Assembly: GCA_038247415.1 (NCBI GenBank)
Contig: JBBRUX010000021.1
Location: 3,207-67,206, forward strand
DNA: 64,000 nt
Direction: 5' to 3'
Source: Chitinivibrionales bacterium
Lineage (GTDB): Bacteria; Fibrobacterota; Chitinivibrionia; Chitinivibrionales; WJKA01
Numbering within the stretch: position 1 is the first letter of the stretch; each line of letters opens with the position of its first letter. This document shows positions 19,946-29,076 of this stretch, in pieces. The notes under the pieces are model-generated. The model was not told the origin of the DNA. It did not search any database and worked only from the letters and a program-made list of their open reading frames with translations. The position numbers and the translations under genes were made by a program.

Positions 19946-19972
19946 ATATCAAACCATTATCCTGGAACTCAC

Positions 19973-21547
19973 GTGAAAACAATTTCACAACCAGCTCTCG
20001 AAAAAGCTACCCAATGGCTTACAGAGCTGATTCGAATAAAAAGATTTGAAGCAGGATCTGTTCTTCCCTCAATTCGACTATTAGCCCACGAATGCAGTGT
20101 AAGCCCGATGAGCATGCACAAGGCTATAGGAATTTTGCGCGAACAGGGACTTATTGCGGGCTCACCAAACCACCGTCCGCACGTTACCTTCCGAAACCCA
20201 ATCTCAGAAAAACCTCTTAATGCTCCCCTTGCAATGGTGGCAATAACAAGTATAGAGCGTATTGAAATAGATTTACGAAAGCGTATTCTTGGCGGGGAGC
20301 TCGCTACGGGGCAACAAGTTCCTTCTGTAAAGGAACTTCGGCAACATTACCAAACCTCGCATAAAACTCTCCAGCGCATCATTGCCAAACTTCACCACGA
20401 GGGTTTGCTCGAAATCGATCGTCGGTGGTTTCGTGTAAAACTTCATGGGGCACGAAAAGCCACGGCCAGAATTGTATTGATCGGATTTTCGTATGTACAG
20501 CAAACGGCTATTATTTTGGGTCACCACGACGGGTATTTATTCAATTTGCTTCAAACGGATTGTTCGCGGCGAAATCTTATCCTCGAACAGGCAATTTGCC
20601 CAATGGATACCTGCGCCGAAGTTTTCAGGGTTGATGATGGTCGACCACTCAAATTCACCGATGAAGTTGAAGGCTATGTTGTCTTGCTTAATCAATTTCC
20701 CGAAAAAGTAGGTACGCTCTTTAAACTTCTGGAAACTATAAAGCGACCTGTCGCTATTATCGACGAAATGGGCTATTGGACTCCCGGAGAATACTTCAGA
20801 ACAGATAGTAAGGTGAAGGTTTTTTCATTTTCATCGGGACACCTTGCAGCGAGGGAAATTGCCCAAATTCTTCTGCACTATGGACATCGCTTTTTTGCCT
20901 ATGTATCCCCATTTTCGCGGGCAGCATGGTCTATGGTTCGCCGTAATGCATTGAGTAAAGAGCTTTTAGACTCTGGTTTAGAGCATCAGTTGTATCTTCA
21001 CGAAATTTCCATTCCAGATGATTTTCCCTCTCACAATCTTATTGAGCAGGCACAAGCAACGCATGCAGAAATGTTGAGCATCCTTAAAAAAAGATCCGAA
21101 ATGGACTACAAAGCATATGAACGATCTTTTTCGTGGTATTGGTGGCATCAGGAGCTCGATTCGATTTTCATTGAAAGCACAATAGCACCACTGGTTACAG
21201 ACATATTCAAGGATGCAAACAGACCCACTGCAATCATAGCAGTCAATGATTCCACTGCAGCCATTATTCAATCTTGTTTACAAAAATTAAAATCGTATGA
21301 CTCTCAAGAAATTGCTCTGATTTCTTTCGATAATTCCAGTATCGCCCAGCACAAACAGATTTCCTCATACGATTTTAATGTTCCAGGCATTGTAGCTACT
21401 GTTCTTAATTACATCCTCGATGAATCCGATTCGCGTCAAACCTTTGCCATACAGCGCGAAGATGTCAAAGGAACCCTTGTAGAACGAGCATCAATGAGAA
21501 TAAAAATGGCATCAGCTTCCGATAAATCCCATGATTTCTTCAGCTAG
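19973..21547 (+). CDS. transcriptional regulator with two tandem GntR-type wHTH domains and a LacI/PBP1-type sugar-binding domain
   Basis: GTG start. wHTH 1 is SVLPSIRLLAHECSVSPMSMHKAIGILREQGLI. wHTH 2 is QQVPSVKELRQHYQTSHKTLQRIIAKLHHEGLLEIDRRWFRV. About 350 aa of a LacI-like periplasmic-binding fold follow (IVLIGFS.., AIIAVNDSTAAIIQSCL, ALISFDNSS). Confidence 0.8.
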   Translation: MKTISQPALEKATQWLTELIRIKRFEAGSVLPSIRLLAHECSVSPMSMHKAIGILREQGLIAGSPNHRPHVTFRNPISEKPLNAPLAMVAITSIERIEIDLRKRILGGELATGQQVPSVKELRQHYQTSHKTLQRIIAKLHHEGLLEIDRRWFRVKLHGARKATARIVLIGFSYVQQTAIILGHHDGYLFNLLQTDCSRRNLILEQAICPMDTCAEVFRVDDGRPLKFTDEVEGYVVLLNQFPEKVGTLFKLLETIKRPVAIIDEMGYWTPGEYFRTDSKVKVFSFSSGHLAAREIAQILLHYGHRFFAYVSPFSRAAWSMVRRNALSKELLDSGLEHQLYLHEISIPDDFPSHNLIEQAQATHAEMLSILKKRSEMDYKAYERSFSWYWWHQELDSIFIESTIAPLVTDIFKDANRPTAIIAVNDSTAAIIQSCLQKLKSYDSQEIALISFDNSSIAQHKQISSYDFNVPGIVATVLNYILDESDSRQTFAIQREDVKGTLVERASMRIKMASASDKSHDFFS

Positions 21548-21599
21548 TATTATGAGAACCTAGGTTGGCAATAAAGAAATTGAGTATCTGTTTTGGGCA

Positions 21600-23003
21600 C
21601 TATTTTTTGTAGATTTTCACAAATACTATACCATGCGTTTTTTCTAAAGCTTTAGCATAATTGGGCGAAATAGCGTGAGTTTTCGAATCAAAGACTAGTG
21701 CTCCCTTCGCATTTGTAATAAGAATATTTTTACCTAGATACGGGGCACAATCTCCCTTAAGTACATAGCGGGATGTAACTCTCTGATCATGCTGTAGTCT
21801 TGATGGCAACTTGGGAACAACAGGCGTTGCATTGCCTCCGATGAGCGGTGCCATATACGGCTCAAGCTTATCGATTTTCCATTGAACCGGGGTTTTCCAA
21901 TCATCACTAAGAATTCCGCCCGTGTCTCCAGAGTTTGGGTTAAGACACCAAAAAGTCCAGGAAATAGTTGTTCCCATATACGCAAGAAACGTATCAAACC
22001 AGATGCCTTCGCTTCCCTTAAAACTTGTTGCGTCTTTAATACCAAATTCTCCCACCAAAAGCGGTGCCTTTTTTTCCCGTGCAATATATCCAAAGGCCGA
22101 ATCCCACACCATACTCAAATTTGTTGGAAATGAAGCGTCCGTAAACCAAGTTTGATTAAATACTTCTGGCCCATATTCATGGGGTGAATACACCAATTTA
22201 GCCGGATTGCTTAAGAGTACTGGATTTGATCTAACCCCCCTGAGATTACCGCCCCACCAATACGTTGTTGCGCCATATTCCTGAACTCCCTCAACAAAAA
22301 TAAGCACATCGGCATTAGCTGCAAGAATTGCATTTCCACACCGAGTGGCTGCTTTATCCCAATCGTAAAGTACATTGCCGCTAGCCCACAGCGATCCGGT
22401 AGCAGGTCCTTTTCCATGGGGCTCATTATCAAGATCACAGCCCACCACAGTAGCATTGTTCTTATAGCGGGTTGCAAGCATAACCCAATCAGCAATCCAT
22501 TGCGCCTCGGAAGTTTTTGCGGTATACCATACTAGCTCATTCATATAGCCATCTGGTTCGCGCGAATGATTATCAAGTATTACTTTTAACCCTAATTGAC
22601 CACATGCGGAAATTATAGAATCCATAACCACCAACGCCGTTTTCCCTTGAAGTTCAGCATTCATGACATTTGTAGCACTGGGGCGGGAAGGATCATTGCC
22701 ATAAAAATTGATACTTGTAGGCATTGCGCCATCTCGCAGCATTGCATTACAAAACGGGAGCCGGATGCAATTAAACCCAAATTTTTTAACATCGGTAAGC
22801 ATGCCCTTATAATCCCGAGCCCATAAACCATGAGGACACATATTGGATGTTTCTAAACCAAACCAATTAACACCGGTAAGACGCACTTTTTGATTGTTTG
22901 CATCAAACAGATCTGAGCCGGAGGTATGCAAATAAGTGGCGCCATTTGGTAAATACATCCCTATAAGTAAGACACATGCGGTGCGTAATATCTTCAATAT
23001 CAT
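21600..23003 (-). CDS. GH5 endoglucanase (cellulase) with T9SS-type C-terminal domain
   Basis: The ATG at 23003 has AAGGA upstream; the track ORF starts at a GTG at 23018. The sequence contains VRLTGVNWFGLETSN..FNCIRLPF, the acid/base motif CDLDNEPHG and the nucleophile motif LLVGEFG. A ~60-aa basic tail ends IVFVKIYKK. Confidence 0.88.
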   Translation of the reverse strand: MILKILRTACVLLIGMYLPNGATYLHTSGSDLFDANNQKVRLTGVNWFGLETSNMCPHGLWARDYKGMLTDVKKFGFNCIRLPFCNAMLRDGAMPTSINFYGNDPSRPSATNVMNAELQGKTALVVMDSIISACGQLGLKVILDNHSREPDGYMNELVWYTAKTSEAQWIADWVMLATRYKNNATVVGCDLDNEPHGKGPATGSLWASGNVLYDWDKAATRCGNAILAANADVLIFVEGVQEYGATTYWWGGNLRGVRSNPVLLSNPAKLVYSPHEYGPEVFNQTWFTDASFPTNLSMVWDSAFGYIAREKKAPLLVGEFGIKDATSFKGSEGIWFDTFLAYMGTTISWTFWCLNPNSGDTGGILSDDWKTPVQWKIDKLEPYMAPLIGGNATPVVPKLPSRLQHDQRVTSRYVLKGDCAPYLGKNILITNAKGALVFDSKTHAISPNYAKALEKTHGIVFVKIYKK

Positions 23004-23059
23004 TTGTCTATCCTTCACTGGGCACTATTTTTAAGAATTACAGGCACTTTTGTAGTGCA

Positions 23060-25201
23060 TTAAAAAGAAATTACCTGTTTGATGGAAGTTTTTGTTTTAC
23101 GATCTTGTACAATAATTACTCCCTGAGATGTATTTCTTTTTTGTAAATTAATACTACGGAGTGGTTGTGCAGTAATTGCTCTTCCCTGCAGCGAATATGC
23201 CTGGGCCGAAAACGAATTCTCCCAAAAATTACCCCTTTGTTGTAAAGATTCTGTTTTTGAATTTGGCATTATGCCAGTTGCAATCGGCGAGGCAGAACCA
23301 AACACAAGTTTGCCATCATCATAGACAGGGATTCTTACTGAACGGATTGGCGTGGAATTTGTTAACCCAAGATACGACCAATCATTGTTCGGATTCCACC
23401 CAGAAATAGCTGCATTATCGGGAAGGCTTACGCGAAACTGTATTTCGCGCTTGTATGAATCTTGAGTACCAGGATACAAGGTATCTCCAGAATAATCGAT
23501 GAGGACATAGTACAGGTTTTTGGATTGATCTGCAACTTTCAGATCTGAGACTACTCCTTTTCCCTGAACATAATTCTTAGACACTTTTATGGCAGAAGGA
23601 GAAATACCCGCAGCAATAGCTTCGGATACATCTACATAATATCGAAAAGAAAGTTTTGAGGTGCCGCGCGCTGGCCAAGCAGTTTTATTAGAAAGCGTAG
23701 CTTTTATTTCTGTAAATCTATCACCATGGGCATTAATTGAAGCCATTACAAATAATTCTGTATCTACCACTTCTGGCGATGGAAAATTTGCCATGGGAGT
23801 ACCGCCATACTCTTTGTAAAGACGTGCCAATGTTCCCGTAAACGCGGCATTATAATCGCACGCGACTTCGTTTGTTGTATAATTATTGCGTTCATCGGTA
23901 TAATCATCTGTTTTTGTTGGTCCGCCAACTAAGGCCCCATAGAGCACATGCTTAGAGGCCGCAGTATCACTTGCCTGGCTTGGAAAAAAGCCAGTACATG
24001 TCCTGTGATGAGGATGTGTGGGAGGATTATTTCCAAAACCTACCATGAAACTTCTTTTGGTGGGATTATTTCCCAGCATATAATTGATTTGCGAAAGTGC
24101 AAAATCATGATACCGTGTTTTGAGACCGCCATCTGTAATGTAATCGGAATATATCAGTGCGCAAAAAGCAGTATTTGCAGCATATCGACACGATCCCCAC
24201 GTATCAAGCCATGCGAGGCCCCCGGGTGTATATGCAATCTTGGCTCCATTAACCCCCACGCTCCAAAAATCGAGCCATCGCTGCGCATCATCCTTGTACT
24301 GTTGCTTCCCGGTTAGTTTACTTAAAAGGACATAACAAGCGTATGATTTATCATCCCAGGATGTTGTCCATTTATACGATTTAATGGTTGACTGTGGTTC
24401 TGTTCCCAGTAAACTATAATTAGCTTCTGCCGACGATACATACGAGTTGTCATTTGTTGCCATAAAGAGCCATAATGCACTCCACACAAGCTCATCATTA
24501 TAACCGCTCCATGAATTATAGTATCCTTGCGCATCTGATATTGATGATGAATATTTTCCACGATAGGTATCTGCAAAAGTGTACAATTCTTTGGCATGTT
24601 TGAGCAGTGTATCCGCATAGAGCGGATCCGTTTGCCGCAGTACTATTGATGCTGCCGCGAGTGCAGCACAGGTTTCGCCAGCCAAATCTGTTCCCGGGTT
24701 TGCTGCGTCGATTTTATAGGCGGGGCGGCTCATGTAGTACTCAACCGACTCGGCAGGCCCCCAAAAAGCATGATCGGTTCCACCATTGCCCACTTGTCCA
24801 TACAATTCATTTGGGGCAGTATGACACTTTACAAGATAGCGTGCGGCAAATTGTATGGTATTCAAAATGGCAGTTAGTTGTCCCGATGATTGATAGGCAT
24901 CCCGGTATTCCTTTACGCCCCACGCAAGCATGGTTACGCTATACGCCATAGGAAAATTGAATTTCACATTGTCGCCTGCATCATACCATCCTCCTGTAAG
25001 ATCGTGTTCAACCGATCCACCATCATGAATACATGAGGGCCCCCGCCACATTACGCGATTCCACGAGGGCAATGATCCTGATTGCTGACATTCATAAAAG
25101 TAAATAGACTTTTGCAAAGCCTCGGCATAATTAAATGCCCCTGCCCCAAAAACGCCGCTGCTTAAAAAAAACCCCAGTGCGATTGATTGTATTCTTCTCA
25201 T
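23060..25201 (-). CDS. GH9 endoglucanase with CBM3c-like module and T9SS-type C-terminal domain
   Basis: Signal peptide. GH9 motifs are FNYAEALQKSIYFYECQQSG, DLTGGWYDAGDNVKFNFPMAY, HPHHRT, ALVGGP and NEVACDYNAAF. A CBM3-like block follows (ELFVMASINAHGDRFTEIKATLSNKTAWPARG..LSFRYYVD), then the sorting tail. Confidence 0.9.
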   Translation of the reverse strand: MRRIQSIALGFFLSSGVFGAGAFNYAEALQKSIYFYECQQSGSLPSWNRVMWRGPSCIHDGGSVEHDLTGGWYDAGDNVKFNFPMAYSVTMLAWGVKEYRDAYQSSGQLTAILNTIQFAARYLVKCHTAPNELYGQVGNGGTDHAFWGPAESVEYYMSRPAYKIDAANPGTDLAGETCAALAAASIVLRQTDPLYADTLLKHAKELYTFADTYRGKYSSSISDAQGYYNSWSGYNDELVWSALWLFMATNDNSYVSSAEANYSLLGTEPQSTIKSYKWTTSWDDKSYACYVLLSKLTGKQQYKDDAQRWLDFWSVGVNGAKIAYTPGGLAWLDTWGSCRYAANTAFCALIYSDYITDGGLKTRYHDFALSQINYMLGNNPTKRSFMVGFGNNPPTHPHHRTCTGFFPSQASDTAASKHVLYGALVGGPTKTDDYTDERNNYTTNEVACDYNAAFTGTLARLYKEYGGTPMANFPSPEVVDTELFVMASINAHGDRFTEIKATLSNKTAWPARGTSKLSFRYYVDVSEAIAAGISPSAIKVSKNYVQGKGVVSDLKVADQSKNLYYVLIDYSGDTLYPGTQDSYKREIQFRVSLPDNAAISGWNPNNDWSYLGLTNSTPIRSVRIPVYDDGKLVFGSASPIATGIMPNSKTESLQQRGNFWENSFSAQAYSLQGRAITAQPLRSINLQKRNTSQGVIIVQDRKTKTSIKQVISF

Positions 25202-25223
25202 GTGGAATATCCTTCGTGCTACG

Positions 25224-25246
25224 ATAGAGGCCTTTTAGGCCTCTAT
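25224..25246. terminator. perfect 9-bp hairpin between the two GH9 genes (no U-tract)
   Basis: ATAGAGGCC-TTTTA-GGCCTCTAT sits in the 47-nt spacer. It could attenuate, terminate or stabilise mRNA. It is not a canonical intrinsic terminator. Confidence 0.3.
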
Positions 25247-25248
25247 GA

Positions 25249-27825
25249 TTAATTTACAATTGTTACCGATTGCGAAACCCTAAAATTGGTTCCGTGCATT
25301 GAAACGGTATAAACCCCTCGTGCAAACGACTTAAGAGAAAGTGCCAAAGATTGCTCTTTACCCTCTCCAAAATTCGTTTTATATACACATCGACCAGAAA
25401 TATCACTCACAACAACACTCACCTTTTGTGGGGTTTGTAATGAGGCTCTTAGTACATTCTTATGTACCTGTATGCGGCATGCGTTTGCAGAACGTACTGC
25501 AACGTGAGGTTCATTGATTGAAGTTGCTTGTTTTTCGTCAAGGAAAGCAGCAACCCATGCAAGAGGAGCATTCCAGTTAATAGTTACTTCATTTGTAGAC
25601 CATGCTTCGATATTGTCTAGATAACATTTCTGCGCAGAGGTTCCCAAAATACCTGCCGAACGAACCCATGGGTCTTCTAACCCCGAATTTGGTCCACCAC
25701 TTATCGCCCCAGCCGGAGCTGTTGGAAAAAGGGAATTTGATTGAAAAGCCCAAAATCTGTGATGGGGATTTGCAACTGGATCTGAACCATAGCCTGTCAC
25801 ATAGGCTTTATCCATTGCATTGCGACCAAGCAGATAATCCATGCTTTCGGAAACACCATCCAGATATTTTTTATTGTTTGTAAAGTCGTATGCCAGAGCC
25901 ATGGCAAGTGCTTCATTCAAGATAAAAGAATTAGATCCCCACGGATAACCTTTTGCACCCTTTGGAATAGGCACGCGGTATCCTTCCTTACCTATAATCC
26001 CAATCCAATAATCTGATGATGCCGCAATTGCAGCACGAGCTTTGGCAATTTCCGTTGATGCGAGTGCGTTAGGAACCATAGCAAGGGTTATTGTACCACA
26101 ACCATACGTTGTACCCCATGTAAATGCTCCAGTAAGGCCATTATCTTCTCCAGCAACATCAAAAACTGTTGGCATTTTCAAATAATACGCCGAATTTTGA
26201 AGATATGTTTTATAGACATCTTTTCCTGTTGTTACAAAGAGTTCGCAGGCAGCCCAATAGAAATCATCGGTAACACAAGAATCACCATACGGCCCACCAC
26301 CAAGTTTATCGGTATTTAAAGCATACTTAGCTGGGTTTGCAATAGCGGCAAGCCATGCTATTTCTGCTGCGTCAAGGCATTTTTTCGAAAATGCAGGGTC
26401 GAGCATTTTCCAGATACGTGAGCTTGTTGCCCCAACTGCCGCTAGATTAAGTGTAGCCGCGGTGCTTGGCGGCTTAATAATTCGCTTTTCGAGATCTTGA
26501 TCGGGCCGCGTTGCCAGAGCAGTCCATTTTTCGTCGTGCATTTTATGATGCACCATTCCTGCCATGGGCTTATCTACAGGAACCTGCATCTTAAGAAGCA
26601 TCGACATTTCCCACCTACCTTCGTCGAGAATATCGGGAATACCATTTCCCTTTTCGGGAATATTCATGCTTCCATCTGCAAATGGGGCTACTACACGTGC
26701 ACCGCGAAGCGCTGCACGCTCATACTGATTCATCATTGTCCACACTGCAATTCCCCCATTGACAACGTATTTTCCATGATCTCCGGCATCATACCATCCC
26801 CCTGTGATGTCAAGCGTATACACCGATGGAATTTCAACCGTTGTGGCAATATCGGATGGATGACCAGCCGCGCGCGCCAGATCAGGTCTTGTGCAATAGG
26901 GCATTTTGATTTCTATGCCGCTACGATTATGATAGAAATACGCAAGCGCATCATACTTCAATTTTGCATAAATATTTTCTTGCACATCAAAAGGATGGCT
27001 TGTATTATTGCTACCCGGCACATTTACAGAAAGGTCATAGCCCTTGCCAGGAGTAGTAAAGCTCGAAAAATCGATAGTATGAACGGTATCACCCGAAGCT
27101 TCGTCTTTTCCAAAAACCGTGGTAGATCCCGAAGCAACAGCTGCTCCGGATCCGTTTTTGATTGTCCAGGTTAACGGTGTAGTTGAAGCGGACAACACAG
27201 TAGCATGCTTTTGCGCAAACGGTAAGTAGCCAACCTGATTTACACGAACCAATGGCTTGGGCACAGGAGGTGGTTTAATCGGCTTCGTATATTGAGGGTC
27301 GGAAAGATAAATATCATCGAGTCCAATGTCGATGGGATACGGGCTCAAAACGAGATCTCCTCCTACATGAAACGCAAATTCACACGTGGCATCAGTTGCA
27401 TCATTCATTGTAAATGTTTGCTTTATGGTAGTTGGACTATTTGCTGCAATTGAGAATGGATTCCAATTATTATTCCAATACTCTTTGTATGGCGTAGCCA
27501 TTTGACCAATTTTTGCATACACTTTAGTAGCTTTGGTGGCGCGTATTTTAAACGTTACAGTATAAGTATGCCCTTGTTGAAGAGTTAGCCCCCGGTGCCG
27601 AGTTTGTGTATCCCATCTATTAGGTACACCTTTTAAAAGCGTAATAACATACTCACCATTTACTAATGCAAAATCGGAGTTTGCTTCTTCACTTTCCGAA
27701 ACATTCCAAGGCAAAATTATGCCATCATTAAAATTATTTTGATCGAGTAATTCACCTGCGTGCCCCTGCGTGCACACCATGATGACAGCAAAGATAGTCC
27801 CACGTAGTAGAGCCCCTATTTTCAT
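25249..27825 (-). CDS. CBM4/9-like + Ig-like (CelD_N) + GH9 endoglucanase with T9SS-type C-terminal domain
   Basis: Signal peptide. The N-terminus is a CBM-like beta-sandwich. The Ig-like module is VRVNQVGYLPFAQKHATVLS. GH9 motifs are DITGGWYDAGDHGKYVVNG, NPHHRFW, ISGGPN and STNEVTINWNAPLAW. The tail is VSVVVSDISGRCVYKTNFGEG..ARGVYTVSMHGTNFRVSQSVTIVN. Confidence 0.9.
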   Translation of the reverse strand: MKIGALLRGTIFAVIMVCTQGHAGELLDQNNFNDGIILPWNVSESEEANSDFALVNGEYVITLLKGVPNRWDTQTRHRGLTLQQGHTYTVTFKIRATKATKVYAKIGQMATPYKEYWNNNWNPFSIAANSPTTIKQTFTMNDATDATCEFAFHVGGDLVLSPYPIDIGLDDIYLSDPQYTKPIKPPPVPKPLVRVNQVGYLPFAQKHATVLSASTTPLTWTIKNGSGAAVASGSTTVFGKDEASGDTVHTIDFSSFTTPGKGYDLSVNVPGSNNTSHPFDVQENIYAKLKYDALAYFYHNRSGIEIKMPYCTRPDLARAAGHPSDIATTVEIPSVYTLDITGGWYDAGDHGKYVVNGGIAVWTMMNQYERAALRGARVVAPFADGSMNIPEKGNGIPDILDEGRWEMSMLLKMQVPVDKPMAGMVHHKMHDEKWTALATRPDQDLEKRIIKPPSTAATLNLAAVGATSSRIWKMLDPAFSKKCLDAAEIAWLAAIANPAKYALNTDKLGGGPYGDSCVTDDFYWAACELFVTTGKDVYKTYLQNSAYYLKMPTVFDVAGEDNGLTGAFTWGTTYGCGTITLAMVPNALASTEIAKARAAIAASSDYWIGIIGKEGYRVPIPKGAKGYPWGSNSFILNEALAMALAYDFTNNKKYLDGVSESMDYLLGRNAMDKAYVTGYGSDPVANPHHRFWAFQSNSLFPTAPAGAISGGPNSGLEDPWVRSAGILGTSAQKCYLDNIEAWSTNEVTINWNAPLAWVAAFLDEKQATSINEPHVAVRSANACRIQVHKNVLRASLQTPQKVSVVVSDISGRCVYKTNFGEGKEQSLALSLKSFARGVYTVSMHGTNFRVSQSVTIVN

Positions 27826-28022
27826 ATGTATCCTCTTTTTTGTAAGTGATTTTTACTAAATAATTAGGACTTAAAAAACGTCGTGCTCTTTCCTCCTCAT
27901 AAAAATCTTAAAAAATTGTGATACCACGTTGTTTTAATGCATATACTAGCCATGATTGCTCTCAAAAGATACACTCCCAAGTCTTTTACTGCTTGCTTAT
28001 TTGAGCACTTTTTACATTTATA

Positions 28023-28046
28023 GGTGGCATGTTTGCCACCATTTTT
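28023..28046 (+). terminator. orphan intrinsic-terminator-like hairpin
   Basis: GGTGGCA-TGTT-TGCCACC followed by ATTTTT. No plus-strand gene lies upstream; it is 167 nt upstream of the TIGR02147 gene start. Confidence 0.4.
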
Positions 28047-28212
28047 GTCCTATATATACTTTATTTGTTTGTATATTATTGAACGATTCTTTAGAATTTC
28101 GTTTAAAAGAGTTGTTTTTTTAATTATATTATTATAGTATTGAGAAGTCCTCAGATTACATTTTGATTGATTTTATATAAAAGATGTCACCACTTTGGCA
28201 CTAGCAAACACT

Positions 28213-29076
28213 ATGAAACCTATTTTCGAATACCTTGACTACCGACCTTTTCTTGCAGACTTCTACGAAGAACAAAAGAAGGGCAACTACTTTTATTCGT
28301 ATCGTTATATGGCAGGCAAGCTGGATATGGATCATAGTCAGCTTATAAAGATTCTCAATGGCACACGACACATCACAGAACTACACATTAAGCCAATTGC
28401 TGTATTGTGCCATCTTGCTAATCGTCAAGCACAATTTCTAGAAGCGCTGGTGCAATTTTGCAAGGCAAAAACAGAACGGCAGGAAAAGATATTTTTTGAA
28501 AGAATGCTCGCGCTTAAAAGCTATGAATCACAAACCCTCGAAGCTTATCAATTCGAATATTTTCAAAAATGGTATTACGCAGCAATTCGATCGCTTCTGG
28601 ATTACTTCAAATATAAGGGCGATAACGAACGCCTTGCCAAGGCACTCAATCCTGCCATTACAACCGCCCAGGCAAAAAAAGCAATCGATTTACTTTTAAA
28701 ACTTAATTTAATCCAAAAAGAAGCATCGGGACACTATATTCCTACTCAAGCTCACGTAAGTACTGGAGAATCGTGGCAGGGCAGGGCAATCGAAACATAT
28801 CAAAAAGAAACAATCGAACTTTCGGCAACAAGCATCGATCGTTCTCAAAAAAATGAGCGGGATATATCTTCTATAACGATGTCTGTGGACAAGGAATGCT
28901 TCGAAGATATCTCCCGGCTCACAAAAGAATTTAGGGCATCAGTAATTAAAAGGGTTAACGAAATCCCAATTAATACTACCGATCGAGTTTACCAAATGAA
29001 CATACAAATAATTCCACTTACAACCATTTTAACAAATTTGGATGTTCCCATTCCGCAAGGGAATACAGAGCCATGA
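28213..29076 (+). CDS. TIGR02147-family (Fibrobacter-type) HTH protein
   Basis: The ATG at 28213 gives MKPIFEYLDYRPFLADFYEEQKKGNYFYSYRYMAGKLDMDHSQLIKILNGTRHIT. This matches the remembered N-terminal pattern of TIGR02147 proteins (Y.DYR.FL.D.Y...K......S.R.fa...g..s...l..vi.G.R.l). The track ORF starts at a TTG at 28195. Confidence 0.7.
   Translation: MKPIFEYLDYRPFLADFYEEQKKGNYFYSYRYMAGKLDMDHSQLIKILNGTRHITELHIKPIAVLCHLANRQAQFLEALVQFCKAKTERQEKIFFERMLALKSYESQTLEAYQFEYFQKWYYAAIRSLLDYFKYKGDNERLAKALNPAITTAQAKKAIDLLLKLNLIQKEASGHYIPTQAHVSTGESWQGRAIETYQKETIELSATSIDRSQKNERDISSITMSVDKECFEDISRLTKEFRASVIKRVNEIPINTTDRVYQMNIQIIPLTTILTNLDVPIPQGNTEP

Noticed and set aside
21594-21607. A 14-bp perfect direct repeat, TGGGCACTATTTTT, flanks the GH5 gene at 21594-21607 and 23019-23032. 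It could be a cassette insertion scar.
   Set aside because: A rough estimate gives several chance 14-mer repeats in a 64-kb AT-rich window, and this one is T-rich. The flanks beyond the 14-mer do not match. It may still be a shared regulatory word (GGCACT plus a T-run also occurs at 23043).
26497-27174. Long antisense or alternate-frame ORFs. Examples are 26497..27174, 55221..55763, 40870..41463, 34054..34668, 34038..34505, 7636..8049 and 23948..24316.
   Set aside because: Each lies entirely inside a longer ORF that has clear family motifs (GH9, hybrid HK, CorC, KamA, ABC-2). Their translations are low-complexity or Cys/Arg-rich with no recognisable motif.
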